DNA of 64,000 nt, from contig VFZN01000016.1 of NCBI GenBank assembly GCA_016871195.1, positions 1,115-65,114 of the forward strand, given 5' to 3'. A program made the position numbers and the translations under genes. Positions 51,498 through 62,184 of the stretch are shown piece after piece. The notes below the pieces were generated by a model. That model had not been told where the DNA came from, ran no database searches, and saw only the letters and a program-made list of their open reading frames with translations. The stretch is from Acidobacteriota bacterium (GTDB taxonomy: Bacteria; Acidobacteriota; Vicinamibacteria; Vicinamibacterales; UBA2999). Positions within the stretch are counted from its first letter, which is position 1; each line of letters opens with the position of its first letter.

Positions 51498-52340
51498 ATG
51501 CTGAGGCGACAGCGGGAAGGATCGGTCATCTGCACCTCATGCGGGGTGCTGGTGGGGGTGAACGACGACACCTGCTACGCGTGCGGCCGGTGGAATCCGG
51601 GCTTATGGGGCTATGGTCCCGCCCTCCGGCGTCTGGGGAATGACCTCGGCTTCGTGCCGCTCGTCATCGGCGGCACGGTCACGCTCTACGTAGTGTCTCT
51701 CCTGCTGTCGGGGCTGAACATGCGGGGCATGTTCGCGCCGAGTTCGCAGGTGCTGTTCCTGCTCGGCGCCTCGGGCGCGCTGCCCGTGTTCGAATACGGC
51801 CGCTGGTGGACCGTGCTGACGGCCGGCTGGCTGCACGCCGGCGTGCTGCATGTCTTCTTCAACGTCATGTGGATTCGGCAGCTGGCGCCGGCCATTGCAG
51901 AGCTCTATGGGCCAGGGCGCATGGTGATCATCTACACTGTGTCGGGCGTCACGGGCTTTGTCGCCAGTTCCGTGGCCGGTCTCTATCTGGCCGGTCTGCC
52001 GGTCATCGGCGGGGCGAATTTCTCGGTCGGCGCCTCGGCCCCGATCTTCGGGCTGCTCGGGGCCTTGGTGCACTATGGCCGCGCGACGGGCCACAGCCAT
52101 GCCCGCGACGCGGGCCTGCAGTATGCGCTGTTCATGGGCGTCTTCGGACTCATCTTCCCAGGCATCGACAACTGGGCCCATGCCGGCGGCTTCGCCGGGG
52201 GCTATCTCGCCAGCCTGGGCCTCAATCCCCTGCGGCGCGAACGCATCGACCACCTCGCCATCGGCGCCGTGTGCCTCGCGGCGACCGTCATCGCCCTGCT
52301 GGCCTCGATCGTCACGGCCTGGCCCCTGTTGCGGAACTGA
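51498..52340 (+). CDS. Rhomboid-family intramembrane serine protease with N-terminal zinc-ribbon
   Basis: The sequence CTSCG...CYACG precedes 6 TM helices. The catalytic Ser lies in GASAPIFGLLG and the His in HAGGFAGG. Confidence 0.85.
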   Translation: MLRRQREGSVICTSCGVLVGVNDDTCYACGRWNPGLWGYGPALRRLGNDLGFVPLVIGGTVTLYVVSLLLSGLNMRGMFAPSSQVLFLLGASGALPVFEYGRWWTVLTAGWLHAGVLHVFFNVMWIRQLAPAIAELYGPGRMVIIYTVSGVTGFVASSVAGLYLAGLPVIGGANFSVGASAPIFGLLGALVHYGRATGHSHARDAGLQYALFMGVFGLIFPGIDNWAHAGGFAGGYLASLGLNPLRRERIDHLAIGAVCLAATVIALLASIVTAWPLLRN

Positions 52341-52390
52341 CCGCCGCGGCCAGCGGCCCGCGCCGACCGATTGTCGGGTATAGACTCTGA

Positions 52391-52406
52391 TGTCACACGT
52401 GTGACA
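52391..52406. promoter_or_regulatory. Perfect 16-bp palindrome TGTCACACGTGTGACA (candidate operator) upstream of TonB-dependent receptor
   Basis: The sequence is exactly self-complementary. It is immediately preceded by TATAGACT (52379-52386) and lies 141 nt upstream of the ATG at 52548. Confidence 0.45.
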
Positions 52407-52547
52407 CGTCAGCCCTTCCGACGTCCATTACTACCTTGGCAAGCAGATGCGGGGCGCTCTGGTGGAGAGTGCTCCCGCCTGATGCCTTCCGGCCGTTCGA
52501 CACCGGCCGGGGGTTTCGTGTGCCCGTTCGGGGAGTGGAGGAACTCC

Positions 52548-55496
52548 ATGACAATTCTGTTCAGAACTGCCCTGCTCGCAGCGCTGCTGGCCGTGGGGGC
52601 GGCCAGCGCGTGGGCCCAGCAGCAAACGGGTGAAATCTATGGCCGCGCCACCGACAGTTCGGGGGCCGTGCTTCCTGGGGCCACGGTCACCGTGTCTGGC
52701 CCGACACTGCTGCAGCCCCGCATCTCGGTCACTTCGGAGACCGGGTCGTATCGCGTGCCCGAACTGCCCGTGGGCACCTACGCGGTCACCTTCGAGCTGA
52801 CCGGATTCCGCACCGTGCAGTCGACCGGCGTTCGCATCACGATCGGCTTCTCGGCGCAGGTCAATGCCGAGATGGCGATCTCGACGGTGCAGGAGTCGAT
52901 CACCGTGACGGGGGCCACGCCGCTCATCGACACCAAGGCCGTCGGCACGCGTACCTCGTTCGACCTCGAGACGCTGCAGAACCTGCCGTCGGCGCGCGAC
53001 CCGTGGGTCATGCTCGAGCGCTCGCCTTCGATTGCCATGGACCGCGTGAATGTCGGCGGCAGCCAGTCGGGACAGCAGTCAAACTATGTCGCACGCGGTG
53101 CGGCCACGGGCAACAACAAGTGGTCGATTGACGGTGTCGACATCACCGACATGTCGGCGACAGGCGCTTCGCCCATCTACTACGACTTCGACATGCTCGA
53201 GGAAATGCAGGTCACCACAGGCGGCGCCGACGTCACGCAGCAGACAGGCGGCGTCGGCATCAACCTGGTCACCAAGGGCGGCACCGATCGGCTGCGCGGC
53301 TCGGCCCGCGGCTATCTGACCGACGAGAAGTTCCAGGCCGACAACATCGACGATGAGGTGCGGGCGGCGGGTGCGGGCTCGGGTGCGCCGATCCAGAACA
53401 TCAAAGACTATGGCTTTGAAATCGGCGGTCCCATCCGCAAGGGCAAGGCGTGGTACTGGGGCAGCTATGGAACCCAGGACATCCGGGTCGGTGTCGTCGG
53501 CTTCTACAAGAACACGTCCGCGTGCCGGCCGACGCCGCCCACCGATACGCAGGGCCTGCGCGACTGCCTTGAAAGCGACCTGACCACGCTCAACAACTAC
53601 AACTGGAAGCTCACGTTTGCCCCGTTCAAGGGCAACCGCCTGGGCCTGCAGAACACCTGGGCCGAGAAGGTGCGCAACGTGCGCGATGCGTCCGACACGC
53701 GCCCCATCGAGACAACATACAGGCAGCGGGCCGTCAGCGAAGAGTTCGGCCGCTTCGGCTGGCTGACCGGGCCGTCGCCCTTCTGGAAGCTCAGCGACCA
53801 GCACGTGTTCAGTGATCGCTTCCTCGTCGACGTGCTGGCGGCGCACCTGGGCAACAACTTCGCGCTCGACTTCAACAAGGACGAGCTGACCAGTGTGCAG
53901 CCGCTGCTTGAAACCACGACCGGCGCATATTCGCGCTCGTTCCAGCAGTCGATCTTCCTGCGACCGACCAACAGCGTCGACGTGATGGCCAACTACTTCC
54001 AGCCCAACGTGCTGGGCGGCGACCATGCATTCAAGTTCGGCGGCCGCTGGCGCACGGCCCATTCGATCAGCCGCAATCACGTGGGCGGCAACGCCATCGC
54101 CCGCCTGACCAACGGCGTCGCCAACTCGGTCGACGTCTATCGCGATGGCAACTCGGAATCGCACCTCGACACCTGGGCCGCGTTTGCGCAGGATACCTAC
54201 ACGGCAAAGCGGGTGACGCTCACCGTCGGGTTCCGTATCGACCGCCAGACCGACCGCGCTGAGGCCGCCCTCGTGCCCGCCAGCCCCTTGGCACCCACGC
54301 AGCTGCCGGCCATCGACTTCCCGGGCTTGTCCGCAGGAGTCATCTGGACCAACATCTCGCCCCGCATCGGTCTCAACTATGACCTGTCGGGCAAGGGACG
54401 CACGGTGGCCAAGGTGTCGTACTCGATGTACTTCGGCCAGATGGCCCCGGGCCAGCTGTCGAACCAGCTCACCACCACCGGCGCCACGCTCATCCGCTTT
54501 CCCTGGACCGACACGAACGGCGACCGCTTTGTGCAGACCGGCGAAATCAACTATGCCTCGATTCTCGCGGCCTCCTCGACCTACAACGCTGCCAACCCCA
54601 GTAACTTCCGCTCACCCGGCTCGATCGATCCGAACGTGAAGAACGACCGCACGCAGGAAGCCATCGTCGGGTTCGATCACGAGCTGTTCGAGGGCGTGGG
54701 TGTGAGTGCCAGCTACATCTGGCGCAAGTATGACCAGTTCGCCTGGCAGGACCGCATCGGGCTGACCAGCGCCAACTACTCTCCGGTGAGCTTCACGCCC
54801 ACCAACTGTCCCACCGGGGCGCGCTGCCAGGCCGTCACCTACTTCCAGCCGAACATCCAGCTGGCCGGGCTGCCGTTTGTCTACACCAACGTGCCCGACC
54901 GCTATCGTGACTACAACGGCGTCGAACTGGTCGTCAGCCGCCGCATGGCCAACCGCTGGTCGGCGACGGCGAGCTACGCCTACAACAACGCCGTCGACCA
55001 TTGGGATTCAGTCAACGCCTACGAAGACCCGACCAACATCGACAAGCTCGACGGGTCGCAGTACGCCCCCGAGCAGACGGGCAGCGGCATCTCGGGCATC
55101 TTCACCAACGCCAAGTGGCTGGTGAAGGCGAGCGGCGTGTACCAGATTCCCTTCCTGGAAGCCAACCTGTCGGCGTTCTTCAACGCGCGCCAGGGCTTCC
55201 CCTTCCCCCAGGGCATCCTGTCACCCAACCGCATCAACGGAGCCGGTCAGGCGACCGTGCTGCTCGACCCGCTCGGTGACGTGCGCAACGAACGGCTGCA
55301 GACCGTCGACCTGCGCCTCGACCGGCCCGTCACCCTGGGGCGTGTGCGGCTGATTCCCTCGCTCGAGGCCTTCAACCTCAGCAACATCAACACGGTGCTG
55401 TCTCGCCAGCGCAATCAGGCGGCCGCCAACGCCAACCGCATCAGCGGTATCGTGGCGCCGCGCGTGCTGCGCTTCGGCCTGCGCCTGACGTTCTGA
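52548..55496 (+). CDS. TonB-dependent outer-membrane receptor with carboxypeptidase-regulatory-like domain
   Basis: Start is at MTILFRTALLAALLAVGAASAWAQ with GGAGG upstream. It shows GEIYGRATDSSGAVLPGATVTVSGP and the terminal LRFGLRLTF. It is a paralogue of 4506-7253. Confidence 0.85.
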   Translation: MTILFRTALLAALLAVGAASAWAQQQTGEIYGRATDSSGAVLPGATVTVSGPTLLQPRISVTSETGSYRVPELPVGTYAVTFELTGFRTVQSTGVRITIGFSAQVNAEMAISTVQESITVTGATPLIDTKAVGTRTSFDLETLQNLPSARDPWVMLERSPSIAMDRVNVGGSQSGQQSNYVARGAATGNNKWSIDGVDITDMSATGASPIYYDFDMLEEMQVTTGGADVTQQTGGVGINLVTKGGTDRLRGSARGYLTDEKFQADNIDDEVRAAGAGSGAPIQNIKDYGFEIGGPIRKGKAWYWGSYGTQDIRVGVVGFYKNTSACRPTPPTDTQGLRDCLESDLTTLNNYNWKLTFAPFKGNRLGLQNTWAEKVRNVRDASDTRPIETTYRQRAVSEEFGRFGWLTGPSPFWKLSDQHVFSDRFLVDVLAAHLGNNFALDFNKDELTSVQPLLETTTGAYSRSFQQSIFLRPTNSVDVMANYFQPNVLGGDHAFKFGGRWRTAHSISRNHVGGNAIARLTNGVANSVDVYRDGNSESHLDTWAAFAQDTYTAKRVTLTVGFRIDRQTDRAEAALVPASPLAPTQLPAIDFPGLSAGVIWTNISPRIGLNYDLSGKGRTVAKVSYSMYFGQMAPGQLSNQLTTTGATLIRFPWTDTNGDRFVQTGEINYASILAASSTYNAANPSNFRSPGSIDPNVKNDRTQEAIVGFDHELFEGVGVSASYIWRKYDQFAWQDRIGLTSANYSPVSFTPTNCPTGARCQAVTYFQPNIQLAGLPFVYTNVPDRYRDYNGVELVVSRRMANRWSATASYAYNNAVDHWDSVNAYEDPTNIDKLDGSQYAPEQTGSGISGIFTNAKWLVKASGVYQIPFLEANLSAFFNARQGFPFPQGILSPNRINGAGQATVLLDPLGDVRNERLQTVDLRLDRPVTLGRVRLIPSLEAFNLSNINTVLSRQRNQAAANANRISGIVAPRVLRFGLRLTF

Positions 55497-55508
55497 CGCG
55501 TCATCCGA

Positions 55509-55540
55509 CCGGAGGCGGGCGCATCCCCGCCTGCCTCCGG
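55509..55540 (+). terminator. Hairpin downstream of the receptor gene (about 12-bp stem)
   Basis: The sequence is CCGGAGGCGGGC-(loop)-GCCTGCCTCCGG, starting 13 nt after the stop. No U-run follows. Confidence 0.4.
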
Positions 55541-55582
55541 CGGCTCTCTGCCCTCCACCACGCGGCGCGCCCGCCGCGTGTA

Positions 55583-55660
55583 CCGCTCACCGTACGCCGC
55601 TCACCGCGCGGCACGGGTCTTCCTCACCGCACGCCGCTCACCCCACGCCGGTCACCGTGT
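55583..55660. repeat. Degenerate tandem repeat, five copies of about 12-14 nt (CCGCTCACCnnnCG)
   Basis: Units lie at 55583-55596, 55597-55610, 55622-55633, 55634-55647 and 55648-55660. The last overlaps the glgB stop codon. An 11-nt spacer follows unit 2. Confidence 0.5.
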
Positions 55661-57565
55661 CCCTCGGACGATCGCCTCGGGCTCCAGCAGCAGCATGGCC
55701 AGCGGCGGCACGCGCAACACCAGCCGCTGCGCGAAGCCGTGCATCGCGTGCGGTTCCGTTTCGACGTAGCCGCCATGCCCGACGCCACTGCCGCCGTACT
55801 CGACGGCATCACTGTTCAGGCACTCGCGATAGCGGCCCGCCACCGGCACCCCGATCGCGTATGCGTCACGCACCACGGGTGTGACATTGAGCACCGCCAC
55901 CATCACCGCACCACCCGCCGGGTCACGGCGCATCAGCGCCACCACACCCTGCTCGGCATCGTCACAGGTGATCCACTGGAAACCCTCGGGCCGATCGTCG
56001 GCCGCCCACAGGGCCGTAGAGCCGCGATAGACATGCGTCAGGTCGCGCACCCAACGGTGCAGCCCCCGATGTGCGGCGTCTTCGAGCAGCGCCCAGTCGA
56101 GCGCCCCCTCGTGCGCCCATTCGCGCCGCTGTCCCAGCTCGGCCCCCATGAAGAAGAGCGGGCGCCCCGGGTGCACATACAGCAGCGCCAGCAGCAGGCG
56201 CAGCGAGGCCCGCTGCTGCCACGCATCACCCGGCATGCGGCTCAGCAGCGACCGCTTGCCGTGCACGACCTCGTCGTGCGAGAGCGGCAGCACAAAGCGC
56301 TCGGTGTAGGCATACAGCATCGGAAAGGTCAGCTGCCGGTGATGCCACCGCCGATGCATCGGATCACGCGCCAGATAGTCGAGCACATCGTGCATCCAGC
56401 CCATGTTCCATTTGCACATGAAGCCGAGGCCGCCCTCGTCAACGGTGCGGGTCACGCCCGGCCAGGCGGTCGATTCCTCGGCGCACGTGATCACATCCGG
56501 ATGTTCGTGCTGCAGCACGCGGTGCAGCTGCTGCAGAAAGGCCACCGCCTCGAGGTTCTCGCGGCCACCCTCGCGATTGGGAATCCACTGCCCGGGTGCG
56601 CGCGAGTAATCGAGATAGAGCATCGACGCTACGGCATCGACGCGCAGCCCGTCGATATGAAACTCCTCGATCCAGTAGAGCGCGTTCGAGAGCAGGAACG
56701 ACTGCACCTCCGAGCGGCCATAGTTGAAGATGCGCGTGCCCCAGTCGGGATGCTCGCCCTGCCGCGGATCGGCGTGCTCGTAGAGCGCCGTCCCATCGAA
56801 GCGGGCCAGCGCATGATCGTCCGCAGGAAAATGCGCCGGCACCCAGTCGAGCAGCACCCCCAGCCCCGCCTGATGACACGCATCGATGAAGGCCCGCAGA
56901 TCATCCGGGGCCCCGTAGCGCGCCGTCGGCGCATAGAAGCCGGTGACCTGATAACCCCACGATCCGTAGAAGGGATGCTCCATCACCGGCAGCAGTTCGA
57001 GGTGCGTGACGCCGAGGTCTCGGGCATAGGGCACCAGTTGCTCAGCCAGTTCCCGATACGTCAGCCAGTGTCCATCGACGGTGCGCCGCCAGCTGCCGAG
57101 GTGCACCTCATAAATGCACAGGGGCTGGGGATCCCGGTGCCGCGCCCGGCGAGTCGCCATCCAGGCCGCATCGTTCCAGACATACGGTGCCCGCACGGGC
57201 ACACGCGAGGCAGTGCGAGGCGGCGGTTCGGTCTGCCGCGCCATGGGATCGGCCCTCAGGGTTACCGCTCCGTCGACACCCGTCACGTGGAACTTGTAGG
57301 CCTGGCCCTCACGCACATCCGGGACGACGCCTTCCCAGACACCGCCGTCGTGCATGGCGAGCGGATGCCACGCCGGATTCCAGTCGTTGAAGTCACCGAC
57401 GACCGACACTCCCCGGGCGTTGGGCGCCCACACGGCAAACCGCACCGAGGGCGTCCCGGCGTCCTCGACCCACACCGGGCCCAGGTGTCGCCACGCCCTG
57501 AGCTCGGTGCCGCTGCCCCAGCGGACACGCGCGGCCTCTTCCAGCTGCCACGACGAGGAGGACAT
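55652..57565 (-). CDS. glgB: 1,4-alpha-glucan branching enzyme
   Basis: GH13 motifs are DWVPAHF, GLRVDAVASM, EESTAW and SHDEVVHGK. The N-terminal CBM48-like region reads FAVWAPNARGVSVVGDFNDW. Confidence 0.9.
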   Translation of the reverse strand: MSSSSWQLEEAARVRWGSGTELRAWRHLGPVWVEDAGTPSVRFAVWAPNARGVSVVGDFNDWNPAWHPLAMHDGGVWEGVVPDVREGQAYKFHVTGVDGAVTLRADPMARQTEPPPRTASRVPVRAPYVWNDAAWMATRRARHRDPQPLCIYEVHLGSWRRTVDGHWLTYRELAEQLVPYARDLGVTHLELLPVMEHPFYGSWGYQVTGFYAPTARYGAPDDLRAFIDACHQAGLGVLLDWVPAHFPADDHALARFDGTALYEHADPRQGEHPDWGTRIFNYGRSEVQSFLLSNALYWIEEFHIDGLRVDAVASMLYLDYSRAPGQWIPNREGGRENLEAVAFLQQLHRVLQHEHPDVITCAEESTAWPGVTRTVDEGGLGFMCKWNMGWMHDVLDYLARDPMHRRWHHRQLTFPMLYAYTERFVLPLSHDEVVHGKRSLLSRMPGDAWQQRASLRLLLALLYVHPGRPLFFMGAELGQRREWAHEGALDWALLEDAAHRGLHRWVRDLTHVYRGSTALWAADDRPEGFQWITCDDAEQGVVALMRRDPAGGAVMVAVLNVTPVVRDAYAIGVPVAGRYRECLNSDAVEYGGSGVGHGGYVETEPHAMHGFAQRLVLRVPPLAMLLLEPEAIVRGTR

Positions 57566-57624
57566 GCGCCGATTGTAGCGGCACGGGGCAGACGAACTCT
57601 GCCGGCATCGGGCACAATGAAGGC

Positions 57625-59154
57625 ATGTCTTCCACTGCTGCTCTGCTGACCCGCCTGGGCCTGCGCGACGTGAATGCCGGGGCCTGCACCGGTCCCGACG
57701 GCTGGCTCACCGACCCGGCCAGTCACACCCTGACCTCGTTCAACCCCACCACCGGCGACGCCATCGCCCGCGTGCAGCTGGCGACCCCGGCGCTCTACGA
57801 CCAGGTGGTCTCGGCGGCCGTCTCGGCCTTTGCGGCGTGGCGCCACGTGCCGGCCCCGAAGCGCGGCGACGTGGTGCGCGACCTCGGCCAGGCCCTGCGC
57901 GTTGCACGCGAGCCGCTTGGCGATCTGGTGTCGCTCGAGATGGGCAAGATTCGGGCAGAAGGCCACGGCGAAGTGCAGGAGATGATTGATATCTGCGACT
58001 TCGGCACGGGTCTGTCACGCCAGCTCTACGGCCTGACCATCGCGTCAGAACGGCCCGGCCACCGCATGATGGAACAGTGGCATCCGCTCGGGGCCATCGG
58101 CGTCATCACCGCGTTCAACTTTCCCGTCGCCGTCTGGTCGTGGAACGCCGCTCTGGCCGCAGTGTGCGGCGACACGGTCGTCTGGAAGCCGGCCGAACCC
58201 ACACCGCTCACCGCCGTCGCGGTGCAGCACATCGCCAACCGTGTGATGGCCGATCACTCGCTGTCGGGCATCTTCACGCTGGCCGTCGGCACCGGTCAGC
58301 AGGTCGGGGCCGCGATGGTCGGCGATGCCCGTCTGCCCCTCATCTCGTTCACGGGCTCGACCGCCGTCGGGCGGCAGGTGGCCTCGGCCGTGGCCGGACG
58401 CTTCGGCAAGACCATTCTCGAACTCGGCGGCAACAACGCCATCATCGTCGCGCCCGATGCCAACCTCGACATGGCGGTGCGGGCCATTCTCTTCGGCGCG
58501 GTCGGCACCGCAGGTCAGCGCTGCACCTCGACGCGGCGCATCATCGCGCACCGGTCGATCGTCGACGCCCTGACCGAGCGGCTGGTGCACGCCTACGCGC
58601 AGGTGCGCATCGGCGACCCGCTTGCCGAGGGCACCCTGATGGGCCCGCTGGTCTCGGCGCAGGCCGTGGCGCAGATGGAGGCCGCCATTGCCCAGGCGGT
58701 GGCGCAGGGCGGCACCGTGCTGACCGGGGGCGGACGCCGGCCCGAGTTCGGGCCGCACTTTGTCGAACCGACCATCATCCGCATGCCCGAACAGACCGAT
58801 GTGGTGTGTCACGAAACGTTCGCACCGATTCTCTACGTGCTCGACTATGAACACATGGACGAAGCCATCGCCCTGCACAACGGCGTGCCCCAGGGCCTGT
58901 CGAGTGCCATCTTCACCGAGAGCATGCGCACGGCCGAGGCCTTCCTGTCGGCCGGCGGGTCCGACTGCGGCATCGCGAATGTGAACATCGGCACCTCGGG
59001 TGCCGAAATCGGTGGTGCCTTCGGCGGCGAGAAGGAAACAGGCGGGGGCCGCGAGTCGGGCTCTGACGCCTGGAAGGGCTACATGCGACGCCAGACCAAC
59101 ACCGTCAACTGGTCAACCAGTCTGCCCCTCGCACAGGGCATCACGTTCGGATAG
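57625..59154 (+). CDS. ALDH7 (antiquitin)-type aldehyde dehydrogenase, alpha-aminoadipic/piperideine-6-carboxylate dehydrogenase-like
   Basis: Shows GEVQEMIDICDFGTGLSRQLYG, FNFPVAVWSWN, ELGGNNA and the catalytic Cys in GQRCTSTRR. Confidence 0.8.
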   Translation: MSSTAALLTRLGLRDVNAGACTGPDGWLTDPASHTLTSFNPTTGDAIARVQLATPALYDQVVSAAVSAFAAWRHVPAPKRGDVVRDLGQALRVAREPLGDLVSLEMGKIRAEGHGEVQEMIDICDFGTGLSRQLYGLTIASERPGHRMMEQWHPLGAIGVITAFNFPVAVWSWNAALAAVCGDTVVWKPAEPTPLTAVAVQHIANRVMADHSLSGIFTLAVGTGQQVGAAMVGDARLPLISFTGSTAVGRQVASAVAGRFGKTILELGGNNAIIVAPDANLDMAVRAILFGAVGTAGQRCTSTRRIIAHRSIVDALTERLVHAYAQVRIGDPLAEGTLMGPLVSAQAVAQMEAAIAQAVAQGGTVLTGGGRRPEFGPHFVEPTIIRMPEQTDVVCHETFAPILYVLDYEHMDEAIALHNGVPQGLSSAIFTESMRTAEAFLSAGGSDCGIANVNIGTSGAEIGGAFGGEKETGGGRESGSDAWKGYMRRQTNTVNWSTSLPLAQGITFG

Positions 59155-59193
59155 CGCGGGCGGGAGCGCCGGCAGGCGGGGTAACATGGCCGC

Positions 59194-59703
59194 ATGACTC
59201 ACGCGACCTTTACGACCTCTGCCGGCACCTTCAAAGTGCGGCTGTTCGACGAGCAGGCCCCGAAGACCGTGGCCAATTTTGTTGGACTGGCCACCGGCAC
59301 CAAGGAGTGGAAAGACCCGAAGACCGGCACCATGGTGACGCGTCCGTTTTACGACGGCCTCATCTTCCACCGGGTCATCGACGGTTTCATGATTCAGGGC
59401 GGCTGCCCTGAGGGCAACGGCCGCGGCGGCCCTGGCTATCGCTTCGACGACGAATTCGGACCCGGACTCCGCCATGACCGGCCGGGACTGCTGTCGATGG
59501 CCAATGCGGGCCCCAACACCAACGGCTCGCAGTTCTTCATCACGCTGGCCCCCACCGACTGGCTCGACAATCGCCACGCCATCTTCGGAGAGGTCGTCGA
59601 GGGGATGGACATCATCTCGGCCATCGGTAAGACCCCGACCCGCCCCGGCGACCGTCCCGCCACCGACATCGTCATCGAGAAGGTCGCGATCGAAACCACC
59701 TAG
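59194..59703 (+). CDS. Cyclophilin-type peptidyl-prolyl cis-trans isomerase
   Basis: Shows FHRVIDGFMIQGG and LSMANAGPNTNGSQFFIT. Confidence 0.9.
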   Translation: MTHATFTTSAGTFKVRLFDEQAPKTVANFVGLATGTKEWKDPKTGTMVTRPFYDGLIFHRVIDGFMIQGGCPEGNGRGGPGYRFDDEFGPGLRHDRPGLLSMANAGPNTNGSQFFITLAPTDWLDNRHAIFGEVVEGMDIISAIGKTPTRPGDRPATDIVIEKVAIETT

Positions 59704-59721
59704 GCATGTCTCGGGGGCGAC

Positions 59722-61068
<1,347 letters not shown>

Positions 61069-61094
61069 TCATACGCGACGGCGCCGGGTGTGGC

Positions 61095-61742
61095 TCAGGG
61101 CGCCGACGGACGACGGTCGAGCAGCTGGCCAGTCGAGGCCTCGAGGCTGACGAGCGCCTTCTGATAGTCGGCACGGGCCCGCGCCTCTCGGAGCCGGGCA
61201 TCAGCAGCCGCCAGCTCGCGCAGGTTCACGAGAAACTGGGTCGAATCTCCCAGCTGGAAACGATCGCGCTCGAGTCCCTCGAGTTCCATGGCCACCGCCA
61301 CTTCCTGCTGCAGAAGCACGAGACTGCCACGCGCCGCGTCGACGGCGCTGATCGCGTCCTGCACATCGGCGCTGATCTGGTCGGCGACCCACTGCCACTC
61401 GAGCTGCAGCGTGGTCAGCTTTGCCTCGACCTGCCGGGCCTTGCCGATGGCTTGGCGGCGCTGGAACGGCAGCGAGAAGGTCACGCCGAATTGCGCGTGC
61501 TGGCCCTGTCGACTGGTCGGTCCATCCTCGGTGCCCTGCCACGTCTCCCCGAAGAAATCGAGCGACGCCAGCCGCTGGTTCCGTGCGAGGCGCAGCGCCA
61601 CTTCCTGCTGCGCGCGCTTGGCCTGCACGCTCAGCAGCTCGGGGCGTCGTGTCCCTGCCACATTGATGAGGTCCTGCTCGGTAGCGGTCATGGCGTCTGC
61701 AGCGGAGGGCAGCGGGGGCAACTGATCCGTCGTCGAACGCAC
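61095..61742 (-). pseudogene. Remnant of a TolC-family outer-membrane efflux protein (C-terminal repeat only)
   Basis: The 215-aa ORF reads like one OEP repeat (LQLEWQWVADQISADVQDA..., ARADYQKALVSLEASTG). It has no signal peptide and no first repeat. The upstream sequence is AT-rich non-coding DNA. Confidence 0.45.
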
Positions 61743-61846
61743 GGGTGAGCCATCTCACGTCTGAGAAATAGCGACAGGTCGACCGCGCGTAGCCGACATA
61801 GCCTTCATAATATACGACAATAAAGTCGCGTCAATTTATTCGTGCT

Positions 61847-61881
61847 ATGCAAATCATGATTTTTATGTCTATACTGAGGTC
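61847..61881 (+). promoter_or_regulatory. Candidate promoter with -10 TATACT (61870-61875) ending 6 nt before the ATG at 61882
   Basis: It lies in a strongly AT-rich 140-bp segment. The -35 is weak (ATGCAA). The geometry implies a leaderless or near-leaderless mRNA. Confidence 0.35.
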
Positions 61882-62184
61882 ATGACGTCGTCGAGCGAAC
61901 CCACACGGTGGACGTTCCTCACCAATCACGCGCACGTATTGCTGTGCCTCGCCCGCGAGCCCGAGCTGCGCCTGCGCGATGTCGCCGAGCGCGTCGGTGT
62001 CACCGAGCGCGCTGTGCAGCGCATCGTGGCCGACCTCGAGGAAGGCGGCTACCTGATCCGGCACCGTACAGGCCGGCAGAATGAATACGAGATTGCCGGA
62101 GAAGGCCCCATGCGCCATCCGGTGGAATCGCACCGGACCGTGCAGGCCCTCATCGATCTGGTCAAGCCGACGCGACGCCGCTGA
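61882..62184 (+). CDS. Small winged-helix (ArsR/MarR-like) DNA-binding protein
   Basis: 100 aa reading [43 protein letters not shown]. The 3' end overlaps the convergent epimerase gene by 23 nt. Confidence 0.7.
   Translation: MTSSSEPTRWTFLTNHAHVLLCLAREPELRLRDVAERVGVTERAVQRIVADLEEGGYLIRHRTGRQNEYEIAGEGPMRHPVESHRTVQALIDLVKPTRRR

Noticed and set aside
52390-52404. Mini-ORF ATG TCA CAC GTG TGA (M-S-H-V-stop) 3 nt after the TAGACT box
   Set aside because: It coincides with the 16-bp palindrome, whose symmetry creates it automatically. It is too short and lacks an SD, so it is considered incidental.
52407-52547. Riboswitch (cobalamin/TPP) in the leader of the TonB-dependent receptor
   Set aside because: I could not find a B12-box-like or TPP (CUGAGA-type) core. 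Only a generic hairpin is visible. It is left as a structured leader of unknown meaning.
55583-55660. Possible CRISPR array
   Set aside because: The units are only 12-14 nt long, are contiguous without unique spacers, and are degenerate. No cas genes lie in the window. It is not a CRISPR array.
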